Counted from the stretch's first letter, positions 27,450 to 42,126 are shown. The stretch is DNA of 64,000 nucleotides from Balanoglossus misakiensis (GCA_040954595.2 CM082583.2:5013374-5077373), one strand, 5' to 3'. Translations and numbers: made by a program. Notes: generated by a model not told the origin, from the letters alone.

Positions 27450-30400
27450 TCCGAGAATCCCGGAATTCCTCTCTTTCTGCTTCCTCCCAGTGACTCCGTG
27501 TTTATCCAGGTTTGTGAAGCGAAGGCCATTCGGGAAAAATCAAAGAGCTTGCGGAGAATGCATTATTTTCTGCACTACAGTTCAGGAAAGCGTACGTACT
27601 GAAAATTGCATATCCGTGTATACAAGACCCGTGAGTCAGGGAGATGTTTGACTTCCGGAGTGGATGCCAAAAGATGCTTTGAGAAGGCCAAACAAAGCAT
27701 AATTGTCATCCCCCCCTGAAAGCATAATCATATTTTTCCACTCGCTTTGGATATAAAAAAAACCCTGCTGAAATTGTGGCATAATTATCACTTCATATTG
27801 ATGATGTCAGTCTAATATAGGGTAGGGCATCGCCGCAAAACATCTAAATTGAGCCATCAATTGCCTCAAATTCTCGTGGAAAACATCTCTCCATCAAGCG
27901 AAAAAAGTTCAACTCCACAGGAAGCTATTACCAAGACATGATCCTGTATTTAGGGCAATTGGCCTTTTTCATGAAAGCTCTCGAAAATAGACCATGTAAA
28001 GCGCAGGATGGGTGAGAGAGTTGAGAATTCCCAATCAAGTTGCTCTTCGATGCAAGCATCCATGAAATTGCAAGACTTGTAACTGCATTTTCCCAGCACG
28101 ACCCCCCCCCTCCTCTCTCTTTCTCTCTGCCGTGACTGTTTTAGTCCAGTTTAATGGCCACGAACAGGAAAGCACGCAAATTTTGATAAAAGCTGACGTT
28201 GGCAATGGCATCTCTCTGATTCAATCCATCCAACCGTTCACGTGGGAACTAATCAACCCATACATGTACAGCTCCGGATGCGCGCCGGTGGGACCCAAAT
28301 CCCCGCCGCTGAAGTCGTCAGAGACGGTTTACGTTTACCGTGCTGTATTTTAGGAATTAAGACATCGCCCTCAATCAGAGTCGGTGGCGCATCTTGCTTA
28401 AAGTCTCCGGAAACCGTCTTTCATGTTTCTTTCATTTAATGCTAAGTATTGGATGTGAGTCAGACATCTACATTTGCAATTCCCAAGACGTTGCCATATC
28501 ACTGGCGTGTTTCTTTTACCTTGTATACTGCCCTCTCTCTTGCCGAGCATTTAAGGAATCTAATTGTATGCACGCAAACTTAAAATTTTGACTGGAAGAA
28601 TTCGTGAATGGTTAATAATAGGGATATAGACATCAGAAAGTCTTACTGCCTAATGGGCTTTAAATCGGCTGGTACGGTTGATGGGAGAATCATTGGAGAA
28701 TATGAGTGCCTGTCTAATGGTTAAACTTTTAAAGGCCCAGTTCCTCTCCCTCTACCCTCCCCCCCCCCCCCAATGTAAGTGTCTCTTATAACTTTGGCAG
28801 ACCACTCTCTGGCTGCCACTGTATTGTACATTCACTGCAGGAATTCACTTTAATCAGACAATACGATGGAGTTCTGTGTGCGATAAACTGTGCAATCAGT
28901 AATACATGCTGGACTGATATGAGTGTTTTAGCACCAGTGAGTGCGAAAAATCTAAAATCATTTTCAAAAAGGGGATGTACATCCACCTTTTGGGTTTCAA
29001 ACAGGAGTTAGTCAAAACCACGTCTTAATTCCCCCAGCTTCTGAATCTGTCAATAAATATTCTGACGTACTGATGTAAAAAAAATTCTCATGTGCGCAAT
29101 ATCCATCATTTTACAGTAATTGCTTTGATATTCAGATATCGGACGTGACTCAGAAATTAACACCCTGCCAGTCGCCATGGTTTTATCGTTCACAGCGCTG
29201 TAATAAAATTTCAGAGGGTAGAGTAAAAATTTCCAGTTTGCTTAGGGGAGATTTGATCGGCTGGCGTACATGCATGTATGTACATTGTACCTTCAACAGG
29301 CGTTGGCCATCAATCATCGCGCGCGTCCGTCTGACGGGAGATCTCTCTCTCCAACCGCTTATGAAAAGCAGAGAGAAGTCAAGATTTTATGAACCGCCCG
29401 ATATTAAACTCAAATCACATTTCTGCCACTTAGGGGCAAAACAAGGCACGGTGTGTCACCCGGCCATCAACATCATCCTCAATACTTTAATAACAATACA
29501 CATCTCCAGTGGAAATTAGTCGCTTCTAGGCGCCCATCAAACGGAGGCAAAGGTCTCGCTTTTATGGCACTGACAAAATGATATTTTTATTAAATACACT
29601 GCAGCTTAATAAATTCGCCGTTTACTGCGTGGCTTTTTTATGTCGAGCCCCCGCGAACGTTACACGGCTGCAATGACATGAAAAATTACAGATTGAAATT
29701 GTTGATGTTCAACTCGGGGTCCCCTAATGAGGATAGGTCACCGTTCTTATTGTGATCTTTTTAGGCTGTATTACTTGAAGATTGTTATGAATAGCCGTTT
29801 TTAAACCGCGCGACCCGCGCTGCAACTTTCCCCGTGTGTATTCACATATAGCCTCTCCCCGTCTTTTTTTTTTCCGGTTTGCATTTCCTGACACGGACAA
29901 ATTGATAGTGATTTGGGTTGACGCCGTTTTACAGTGAGTTTGGTCGTCAAACAGTGGCTTCGCTGCCCCGGCAGATTAAGCTGTTAAACACACTTCTTCG
30001 CGGAGATCGAAGTATAGCAGCTCGCCAACTGCATTACGGGGAAGATTAAAGTTTAATGAAAAATGAGCAGCGCGGGGCTGTTTGCCTGCATGACGACTAT
30101 ATGCTGATGCGTTTTTCTCTCCCTGGCAATGAATGGGGCTTTTGATTTGTTCGCGCCTGTCAGTCAGTTATCGCACGAAAACAGAACCATATACAGACAA
30201 ATGGTGTGAAGTCAGTTGTTGGACATGAATTGATGTTAAAGGAAAGGTAGAGAAATTATAAGTCATCCATTTAATATCGACATTGCATTTGGATTTCAGT
30301 AGAACACAGACAAGCGGTCTCACCTATACGTGTGCTTATGCAAGAATGATTCAAATCTCCTCGATTACACGGATGCGTCTGTTTGTTTTTTTCAAAGGCG

Positions 30401-33400
30401 TTTGGTGAATCACTTCAAAGGTGACTTGGCGTGTTGACTTTTATTCCAAGTGTACAAATCAATCGCACACCATTTTGATAACCTTGTTAATTGCCAACCA
30501 CAATGGGAGCCACACAAGCCTTTATTTGCGGGGAGAAAATTAACCATTGAGGTTTCAATTTGTCAATCGAAAAACCTTCTGACCGCATCTTTTCTTCCAT
30601 CTGTGCCTCTTCTTTTTGTGCGCGCTCAACTGCGATGCTTGACTCGGCCCACCTTTGTTAATGCGACCTAAACCTTGGAATTAAAAATGAATATCTTTAA
30701 ATATTAGTTTGTTCAACCACAAAAGCGGAGATCAGAAAGACGCTGAATACGGCAATTTTCTCGCATGTCAATTAGGTTCCTGTGGGCTCGTTGAAATTGC
30801 CCGGCAAAATGACATGACATTAACAATATCATATGTGCTGAGGGGCGCAGCATACTAATTCATGCCGGCAAATTGGAGGCAATTTCTCGGTGGCATCCCG
30901 TCATACAACCGGCCACAATGGCTAATTTTGACACATTGTTCCCCTCCGTTCAATCACACGGGCTCGTTGAATGGGCCAGGTCCCGAAACGGGACCGGCGC
31001 GGTCGTGCCACGGTTCAATTTACGCACCGTTTAGCGAGATATTACCGTCCATAAAGATCACGGGGTTGAATCCGAGCAATCAGGCTTATATAGCAACTCA
31101 TACAATTTCAGCAGACATTTTTTTTTCCATCTCGATTGCCGGCGATTCAACGGAGAAAAAAATTTCACTCCGATAAAAACCTTCCCGAGTTTGATGCATC
31201 GCAGCAGCTAGTGCCTGGCGCATATACCTGTCCCGTCCAATTTTCCGTGCCTCAATCCCGAAGTCTGATTATACCGCTGTTGATCTGACAACGTCCAATT
31301 ATGCACTGTCCCTCAGTTTAATAGTTAAATACAACTGCTGACACAATATGCCTGTCGACGCAATTGAAAAATTCGAGTGTGCCAAACATGGAAAAATAGC
31401 TGCCATCCGGACCAGCAGGCCTAAACTATAGCAGCAGATGTAATCCAAAATAATATACATGTACCACTCGCATAAAAAAGATTCCCACTGACAACTCCTG
31501 TCCAATAAACCAGCTTTTGCTGTCTCGCAGTCTCTTTGACGAAATTGCTCGCATTTTTCAATCAAATTATGAAAGTTTTCTCCGCATTGTATATGCATGA
31601 AACAAATTCAAAATTCTTCAGAAAAAAGCGGCCAATATCACACAAGGGAAATTAATTTTTTTTTTTTGATTCCCAACATTTGTGATGGGACACATTTAAA
31701 TAGATGTTAAGTCCTGTCTCAGATGACTTTAATTCATCGCTACATGTCCAAGCTGATAATCTCATTATTTCAAAATTCAAGAAATTAGCTATAACTGACG
31801 GCACTGATCAATCGCAGTTACGTGTGTTCTCTCACTCTCCTTCTGAAGTTATTCACATCCCAACCTAAAATCCCACCTAGTATCGACCTGACAACCTGCT
31901 TTAGGTTGTAAAAATTGTTGAGAATTAAAATTATTATCTTTGGGGTGACTTGGAAGCTGGTGTGCAATATGGACTTAGTGAACATTTGGGGGTAAATGGT
32001 CATTTAAAACATCAAAGATATTTGTAAATTGTGAATCAAAGTGGTCAAAAATGAATTTGTCATAAAAGACACCATCTGATTTCATGAACAGAATTACTTA
32101 AGTTTCACCAGTATGACCTAATCTTATACAGTGTGTCTTCTCCGCCTACATCCAAAAATGCTGAAAAATTATCATACCAAATCTTGACATTTCTGAACTG
32201 AGTGCAAAAGCGCTTCCCGGCCGGTACAGTACCGCGAAGGCTTCTGGCCAACTTTGATATTTAACAGAGGGAAGTATCGCCTGCAAATATGTTTTTCAAC
32301 ACAAGAACTGATCCAGATAAGCTCTAACCCATGCCAACGCTTGTATGTGTTTTAATGCAGCCAAGTGATTTTGTTGTTTGCATGTACTTGGGCCCAGTTC
32401 CACAGTACAGTCTATCACTACCACAGATAACATGAGATGTTGGGTTTTCTCCAACAATGTGTACAACACAAGACCTTGTAGATAAAATGTTCACACCAAA
32501 AACTGTCGCAGATGCTCAGCTGGTCTTGCTGATTGATCTGTGAAAACTTTTCTTTAAAAATTCATTAACGCACGCAACTTATCAGTGTTAATTAACATTG
32601 ATGATATATTATTAAGTCAGTTTTCATAACTGTCAGCTAAAGAAATTGACATTATAAATAAACAAATATGACGATAGTTTTCATAACTGTCACATCCTAT
32701 GATGAAACAACACATGTGCCATATCTTGTTTCCTTTTTAAGGACACTAATTAGCGAGTACAGTCAAATTTGTTAATGAGTCGATCTGCCAGAAGTGACGT
32801 GAATTATCAGTGATTGTATGCGAAATCTCCGAACACTGGCTGAGGTGGAACATTCAATTCTGTTGAAATGAGTTGGCATGCAGTACATGTTAAGATTCAT
32901 GGCCAGTGGTATTTTCAAATTGACAGTTCACATTATTTTTTTCTGGGTATAGTCTGCTTATCACCTGTAGTATAGACATCATTTTTTAGAAGCTTCTCAT
33001 TTTTTTGTTCAAGCTTATCATAACTAAAACAGCTGCCACGAACGACACTGCCACTCGTCATTGGAATCATTGTGGTGTGTGTAGTATACATAGATAAACT
33101 GTCTTTGAAAAACAACATATAAAATGACACAGTTTTTGTAACTGAGACACATAACCAGAACCTGTTTTTTGTCAGGTGACATTTTTTTCTTCAAACGTGA
33201 ATATCACAGATACTCTGGTATGAAATCAAAATATGATGGGTTTAAGGATGTGTTATCCATGGTTTTGAGTGTGTGCCATTATTGATCTCTGTTTCACCAG
33301 TGCATTAAATATAACAGGGTACGGTAACGCTCATTTCAGCCAAGTTTTTCTTGTTAAAGTAGCATTTAACTCTAAACTCTGCCTCTTAGCCCGCTTTCAT

Positions 33401-35308
33401 CTCCAAATTTGTCTTTGGATTGCGATTTGTAAATTGTTCCTCAATCTCCTTCACTGATAAGGGATTGTGACAATTACGTGCCACTTTTCTCGGTCTTTCC
33501 TTTCCTCGCTCGGCTCTCACAAGGAGAAAAGAAAAAAAAAACGCAATCTCGGCCAATTTAGTATCGTTAGCATTCCAAGTGGCGGAGAGGCGGGATTCAT
33601 ATCCAAAATTTTATCTGGAGTGCTGTTGAACCCAGGGGTTAGGTCAGGTTTGTCTATTGAAGTCTACCGGCCTCATCAGAGTGTTCGGCGAGAGCAATTA
33701 CAGCGATGGAGTTGCACCACCTGGATCCAGACGGCTCGGTCGCGTTTAGGGGACGTAGGTTCTAATCACTTTGAGAGAAGCCCGGGTTGATGGCCCTGGC
33801 TGCGGAAAGAGTCAATGCTGTTAGTTTGCCATTTAGCCCTTTGGAGTCCCAGAAGACCCTGTTCGTCAAGTGGTCTGTAACTATTAAAGTCGTTTTAAGG
33901 AAATCAGGAGTTGTTGGGATTGGTATTTTTTTGTTGTCTGTGTGCCTGTGCAGGGATTACTCTCTTCAAAGTAGTGGATTATTTGTTTTGTGGAGAGAAC
34001 TTGCTGACGGGGAGATGTCAGTGGATATAGACAGACGTCAGATTAGCCCTTGACCAGGTGTTGCAAGAGGGCACACAAACACGACCTTGTGTTCTCATAG
34101 TTATCTCATCCAGAACCTGTTATCAGCCGTGGTTGCTTGTTAACCAGTTTGTCGGCTTCATGTTTCTCTACTCCAGTTAAGAGAAGGAGGGAAAAAAACA
34201 AAGAATGACTCTCACCCCAGTCACCTGTCAATACAGATACAAGTTAACAGACTGAAATTTTTGAAAAATATCACAAATATTAAAAAGTGCGGTGTAAGCT
34301 AGATTTGACATTCCGCGCGTCGGTCGTACGTTACCATGTGAACTGTCTGCTGGCACTAAATCGATTTGTCGGTCACGCGAGCAAATATTAGCCCATTGAT
34401 GGGGCGAGGGACAATGTGTAATATTTCAGTCCCGAGTTAATATTAAGTCACCAGGACAGTCGCTCCCTGCTGTTAACTCTGAGATAAAACACCTTTGCCC
34501 GTGCCGAAGTTTTATCGCGCTAGGGTCAGGGGTCACTTCAATCTGCGCTGACACCCACAGACCCATCCTGTCCAGATAAGGTGTTGCATCTATACTTGTC
34601 TGAGAACGGCCATCTTTTTCCCCCTGCTCTGGTCGCCGGCAGCAACACAAAGCTCGCATGTAGTCAATGTGGTTGACCGCCTGTATGTCTTTAATAAACG
34701 AAAAACAAGTGATTGATGGGCCGATATTAACTGATATCTCTCTGCTGGGAAATGCTGCCTCTTGTCCACATATGCTTTACAGATAAATCTGGGCACTTGT
34801 CTTTTTTGTTGTTGCAAGAAAGGTTGTTCCGAAGTTAATACACAGACGTAATTTGCACAGATAAGCACAAACATTAGTATTAAACTCACATAAGGACAGG
34901 GTTAAATAAGGCCTCTTGGAATGAAAGAGTGGCTTTTTTGTATGTCCGATTGTGGGTGGGCGTAACACTTTTAGATCAAAAATTTTCATCAAAATTTGAT
35001 ATCTGTTGTAGTTATCCTGTAATCTCATGAGACACTGCTGTTTTTATGTATCACCATGAAAACACATTAGAGTGACTTTAGCCCATCGGCTTATTTCTTG
35101 TGGTGACTTCTGTAGCCATGTCATCCAGATGATAGTGATGATGATGATGTCATCCATAACATCACTGATTGATTCTTGTGCCATTTCTTACTGCATTTAG
35201 TTGGCATCCAGCAGGGATCATGCGCATTTGTTTTGCAGAAACATTTTTTTTTTGAAGGCGTCAAAATCCATTAATACAAACTCTGCTTTCCTGCATGGTC
35301 TTTTTCAG

Positions 35309-35473
35309 AAAATGGAACGGTCTACTCCTGGGGAAGTGGTGCTGACGGACAGTTGGGACACGGGAAGACAGTGAAATTCCTGTCGCAACCCAAGAGACTG
35401 CCGCGCGATGTCTTCGGCGGTGCCAGGGTTTCGCAGATTTCCTGCGCCGAGCAGTACAGCGCTGTTCTCACAG
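35309..35473 (+). CDS. Internal coding exon, one RCC1 repeat (xNGTVYSWGSGADGQLGHGKTVKFLSQPKRLPRDVFGGARVSQISCAEQYSAVLT)
   Basis: Acceptor ...ggtctttttcag at 35308 and donor gtaagc at 35474. The exon is 165 nt, phase 1-1. Its translation matches the RCC1 repeat pattern G.VYSWG...GQLG.G...P......V.QISC...(H/Y)S.VLT. Confidence 0.93.
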
Positions 35474-35509
35474 GTAAGCTGGCCGGCATCTGAATCCAAG
35501 GGGGATATA

Positions 35510-35673
35510 CAGTCAACCCCCTCTATATAGTGGCCAGTCAAGGGAGTTTCCTAAACGGGCCTTTATATAGAGGTCAATTAACGCACATGTGAATTGCACA
35601 GGGACTGTAACAAAGTGGCCATTATGTAGAGGTGATTGCTATATAGGGGTGGCCACTAACTGGGGTTTGACTG
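35510..35673. mobile_element. Tc1/mariner (pogo/Tigger-type) MITE, 164 bp, CAGT...ACTG termini with TA TSD
   Basis: TA|CAGTCAACCCC ... GGGGTTTGACTG|TA with imperfect TIRs. Internal subterminal repeats (TATATAG, GTGGCCA) are typical of this MITE class. Confidence 0.8.
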
Positions 35674-38600
35674 TACATGTACATGTACCTGCTCAACAAC
35701 CCTCTCACACATACACACACAACTTACACAACAGCTCTGGTGCGATCAATCATTTTCGACAGAAAATTACCGGCCCATAGCACGAGTTCTGTCTGTCCTT
35801 AACATGGACGCCATCATCAATTACTGAAATGATGAGTGTTGACAATGACTATATCGGATGCGATACAGTCTCACAGCCTTACGGGCCGGTACAGGCGGAC
35901 ATGTAATCACCCTTGGATGCATACGTGGACATACCATCAAATATGATTGCACCATCACTCACTGTACACGAATTCCATTGAGTAGCTTCCAGAACGGAAA
36001 CACTTCACATTGTTAGAGTAAATTAGATCTGCAGTCTGCCTGGTTTCTCTGTGTTCGGTCCCTGCAAAGATGTCCATAACTTGAACGTAATCATGAAAAT
36101 TTTATGTCGTTAATAAATAAAGCTGTACAAAGGATAATTAACAGAACAAAAAGTTGATGGCGTCTGTGCTATAAGGCTTTGGAAGATAAACAGTTTAGAA
36201 ACATATTTTCTAAGATTGAAGTGAAACCAAGCTAGGTTCTCTAATTCTTTAATAAAAATATTTGAATTTTTAGAAAAATTTACAACAATAAAAAATCCAG
36301 TCTGTATCAACCATACCTTTCTCTTGGTTTGAACAGGCATACATGCATGGGTATGTGATTTTTTTAAAAAAATATGGAGGCTGTATTTGGAGCTGATGAA
36401 TTCGAGGCAGGAATAGTTTTTATGTTTGAAATTCTCTGGGATTGAAATCAGCTGAGGAAAATTTCGGTGAAAGTACTGCTGTCCTCTTAGTCAGTCAATG
36501 TCACTGGAAGGTTGCATCACAGGGGGAGGCATATTTTGTCAGATGTAGAGCGTACAGCCAACAAAATTGATCGGGCTATTTCCTGTTCTGTCAGAGACAC
36601 CATGGAGTTGCCGTCTATTCATCTCGTGCCCGGGATGGAGCCCTGAGCACTTTACAAAGTTGTGGTTCATTGAACGGTGAAATTTTCTCCCGAATGAAAT
36701 TCACCCACCCCTTGTAGATCAGTCGAACGAAAATAATAGTCCAAACAATTGGGCAGTAACCATGGTGACTTGAAGAATATGAAGTTTTGGCGGATTGTGA
36801 GCTGAATCGATCGCTGCCATGAGCAAAGTTTGTCCAGAGGGCAGAAGTCACCCGCATCTGTTCTCGGAACTGGTTACTGAATAGTGAAATTTTTATCTTT
36901 ATGATATCAAGTTGAATATTCCGGGAATGATGATGACTTCATCGTCTGTTCATTTGAGGGGAAGGAGCAAAATCATTTGAAATAGAATATAGTGTGAAAA
37001 AAGTTTAAAATATTAAAAACTTGATTTCAGAAAAAGTTTATTTTGTGGGTTCACTCCTTCAGACCTGCAGAATTTCCAGCAAATATATTGATATCTACAA
37101 CAGAACAGTTTTGCTTATGTTTCACTATTTTGTAGACAGATTTGCCAACTCTGTCATCACCGTTCTGGGCAGTCACATCAGATGTTATATCCATGCCAAC
37201 AGTCAATTCCAACATGTACAAACAGTATATTTGTTAATACCAATTGGAGGATGTTTCATGTCATCCGGTCAACCGTCGAACAGAAAGTAATCTGTCTGTT
37301 TGGAGGATTTCCCCTCCAACCAAAAAGCCGTTTCCTCTCCGAATCTGTTATCTGTCTCCAAGACTGCACAAGAAATCACAGACAAATTTGGCGCTATCGC
37401 AATGTATCGGAAGGCGCTATATGGTAGATAACACATATCCACAGATTTCATTAATGAAACAGGTACCTATATTAAAGCCAGCGGACTTCATCTGTGGCTG
37501 GCTTGTACAAGGTACACACCAGATTCTCTTCAAGTGCGATTCTAAATGTTGAAACAATGATACGATCTATCTATCTATATCAGATTGATTGGATTTTTCG
37601 GAACTTGCCCAGAGCAAAATATCGGCTGTCCCAACATTTTGTCCCACAAGCACATCCGTAGAGGTTAAATACGGATTATGTAAGGGGGGAGGGGGTAACT
37701 GCCCAAGCAAACTGAGATTGATTGATCTCAGTGGCCCGGACATCATGTATTCACAGAAGCATGCCTTGTCTGGCAAATGGACCGAGTTCAGCGGGACGAC
37801 AGGCCCATTAATAGACCCATTCTCTGACAGACAAGTTATGAAATAAATCCATCAATCTGAATACTTGGAGAATAACGTGCAACTGAGAAGCGATAAATTG
37901 AATTTTTTTTCTGATGACTATTAACCACTGAACGTAATGATAAGGCAATACAGACAAGCTTTGGTGTCCTCCCATTTTCAATGGATTTTTATTGTGTGAC
38001 TTGTTGAAGTGGGTGAAATGCTGTTTATATTTCATTTGATGGTGTAATTGATTTCTTTTTATTGAATTTGGATTTTTATTGCATCATCCAGTTTCATCAT
38101 TTTCAGATATCATAATTTGAACAATGCCCCGTGATTAGACAGTTTATTTGGCCTGTCAAAGTTTATGAGGCCCCGAGATCTCACAGCTATCAGTTTCAGA
38201 CTGAGAATGGTTCCCTGTCATTGTGTCCAACTGATTCTCTCAGTTCTGTCCCCCGTTATTAGAAATGGACCTGTCCTTGTATATAGACCCTTGGAAGGGC
38301 TTCTCAAAGTTTGCTGCTTCAGGGGGGGGGGGGGTCAAGTTGATGTAATCCAGCTCTTTGTGAAAAGTGTCATGCTTTTTATTATTTCATTGAAAAGTAT
38401 ACTGTACTCTTAATTAAGAGAAAAATCATATCATATTCAGTGCATGGTACCCCAGAAATATTGGCGCATTGATAGTTACATGTATGGCAAACTTTTAAAT
38501 TTAAACAAGAGAAAACAGAACTGCTAATAACAAGGTAAAAAGTGTTGGGTCGAAAATATAAGACAGTTAAACTGGATGGGTCACTCCATTGAAAATTTTA

Positions 38601-41600
38601 TTCAAAAGGCATTTCAATGATCTTAATGGAACTTGCTTACTGGAACACGATTGATTTTCAAACAGATTAGGTCCAGCAGTATCTTATGTGTAATTTTATA
38701 CAGCTATATTCATATATTCTATGTATTAATACCCAGTAAGAATCTATACATATAAAGGTACTTATGCATTCAGCATTTGAAAATTTATAAAACAGGTCTC
38801 AAGAGGGGAAATATGAAAATGTTGCTTGAAATAAATTGTTATAACCTTTTTGATCTAGAGATGTACTTTCCAGGTCACAGACTTATAAAAATGAATTTTG
38901 ATTCGCTGGAGGAGGTTGGGGGGGGGGACAGCAAATGATAGCAATTGTCACTTCAGTAGCATTGGATAATCAGGTATTAAATTCAGTTTTAAATGAATGA
39001 TTACTGAATGATGGGGGCCCATGTGACCGTGCATCGGGTCAAAAAGTCATCGCGCGCTCCGAGAGGAAATGATCGGCTCTCATCCCCATTGTGTCGGTTA
39101 AAATCAATTAATCTCAATTATGTAATTAAGAGATTAATAATTCAACTCTATGTCTGTCAAAATTAGTCAAAGTACTGTTTTTTTTTAAAGTTAATCCAAG
39201 CTGCCACTAATCATTAACAAATGAATTGGGAAGAACTTGTGGATCAAATATGATGTCTGTTTTTTTTCTTTTAACATCTGTGGGCCTGTTTAATAATTTT
39301 TTTTCAACAATATTTCTTCATTCTGTCACTTTGTATTGCACTGTGGTCATTAGATGCCTCAAAATGCTGACAATATTTTATTTGCCGTTATTTTATTCTT
39401 CATTTGTTGTTATCAATATCTTCGGGTACATTGTACCTACATGTACATAATATACATGTATATCTCTCTATTAAAATAATGCACCATCAAAATGACTAAA
39501 CTTTAACTTTTTGCATTATTTTCGTGATTTTACTTTCAAATGTAGAATGGTCCATTTTCAATGAGCTTAATGATGGGTATTCACAAATGTATTATCAACA
39601 TCTGATTGTGGTTGTTTTATTCAGCATCCCATTGCAAGTGTACACAGCTATTGCGGTATGGTCACATGGGTATTAGAACCTCCACAAATTCAAAATGGCA
39701 CCCTTTTTGACTGTATGGATAAAGAGAAGATTGAAGTATTTTATCGGTTAAAATATGCTAAAAGTGGCAGCTATTGGGGCTTTAAAGGCTACATTGTATA
39801 TCAATCTCTGTGTATGACACAACGTCAAAATGACTTGCTTTAATGGTAGACAATGGCAGAAGTTCAATAGTGATAGATAGAAGTTGACACTGCTCGGGTG
39901 GCAGTGGCAGACAATTTCTGATTCTGATTGATTGACTCGGCTGAAGAGGAGCCCTCTTAAACATGTTGTCGTCTCGTTATCTTTTACCGATCAGAATTGA
40001 GAATTAAGTTGTACACATGTCGGACATCAGCGTCTAATACAGCGTTATCGCCTGTGTCTGCATGTGTATAAAATGAGCTTCCCAACTTGTCTATTACATT
40101 ACCATTTAGCTGCGCGGTCCTTTTCCAGTCTGTTCAGTATTCCCAGAAGAGCAGCCCTTCCCGAAAAAAGCTGTCAGATGGGCAAGGACGTTTCGGGAAA
40201 ATCAGTCGCATCTCCGGGAAGAAATTGATTCGAGCAAAGCAGTGTATTTTTTTATATATTTAAAGTGTGCCGTCAATTGCCTGCAAATTGCCCCCGACGC
40301 AACTGTGAGTGAACTTCATGCTAATATTAAACATGGCGAGGTGGTTGGGAATTGATTTCGACAGACTTGTACTAGTCCGAGGCGTATTTGATTCGTCGGG
40401 AAATGGACTCACATGATGGGCTGTTGTTGGATGCAATTTGCGGGCGGTGTGTCATCAGGCTCATTCAATGAATTTCAAATTGCCACGGGCTTTTGTGATG
40501 TCGAGAGAGAGAGAGAAAAAAATAGCGAACGCCAAACCGCGGAGGAGACACAGCCGTTTAAAGGACTTAAGTTATCATCTGCGATGCATTGAAAGAAGCC
40601 GTAAACAGGCCCTGTTTAACACCCCCTTCTTTTTTAATTGGAACCTTTTCCTATGCATTAACAAAAATTAGAACACTCTTGCCGCACGTTGCTGAGGCAC
40701 ATTACAGACGCGACTATCAATACTGGCAGGAGGACAGAAATAGCTGTAAAAGCAATATAATTCCGCAAAATGAAAGTTGATTAAAATGTTATTTGTGCGA
40801 GTCGCTCGGTTTTGACAAGCAATATCTGGTTTGTCTGTCGGAGGTGTGAAACGACAAGAAGACTGATTTGCCTCTCCGCGAGAATCACTTGGCCCCGTCT
40901 GGGGTGCCGTGGATATGAAACACCTCAGAACGCCGGAGATGTCAAAATCAATAGTGAAATTTGAATGTGTTCTCTTAGAATTCAATTCTGAGAAAAGCAA
41001 AGGTGAGCTAATGTGTACACTGCGGGGCAGAGTGGAGAGAGTGAGAGACGCAGTCAAACGCCATCAAAATTGATGTTATTACCCGAGTATAAAAGACAAC
41101 GTGAACTCGTCACCTTCCGCGAATGCGCGCGGGGTTGACGCGAAGTGCAAAAGGCTGAGTAAGATGTCAAGACCCACTAACAGGCCATTTGACTTGCTTG
41201 ACTCGTGTCAGTACTGTTTACACCTGTTGTCCGCCCGTGGTTTCATTACCGTGGCGATATTACGACCGTCGAATTCTCACCTGGGAGCCCGGTTTGACGA
41301 CCCCCAAGATACGCGACAAAACATATTATGGAGAACACTAATGATAACCCGCAACTTAAAGGGAGGGGGGAGTGAGTAAAAACGTCCACTTCCCCAATCC
41401 ACGCTTGTTTATGACTAAACCAAACCTGATTACTTTCAGGTCAACTTTATCAATTTATTCTCCTCTTTAATAATCCCTCAGTTAAATTTAATGTATTTTT
41501 TCTCAATTGACGGTGGATCTCCAAAAATAAATCATGCTGGCTGATGTCGACAAAGGTTGATAAGGAATCACCGTCTTTATTAATCATCTCATTTCGTAGC

Positions 41601-42126
41601 ATTCGCATTGTCTGGGCTACAGACACTATATTCCCTCCAGTCGTTCCCGATGTCAGTGGTTATGCAGGAAATAAAATCATTGATGGGACTAACCTGCAGA
41701 TTTCATTGCATGGATCTTCTCATGTTAACATCATGCGGTGGTGGTATTTCAGAATCAGGCCATTTTTACTGGCAATTTCTGGTCAGGATATTAAAGATAA
41801 ATTTATGACAAAATCAAACAATGTATCACACATTATTCTCTCGCTCCTGTTACTTTTTTCAGTTGATGCCAAAATATGGTTAGGCCCTGCTTGCCTCTGT
41901 CTTTAATAGACTTTTGTATTTATGGATTTATGGAAACTGGGGCTCTCATAAAACCAAGACACTCTTCCGAGTTTTTGTGGTGTGGTGCTGTTTATTTTTC
42001 GCTGTGCACTGCTAAAATTGTGCAGTTTTTTTATGGCTATTTGTGTGTTGCAAAATGTGATGAGCTTTCCTGCTCACAATGAGTAGTACAGCAGAGTCCA
42101 ACCCTGGCCACTGACAATTACATTAA

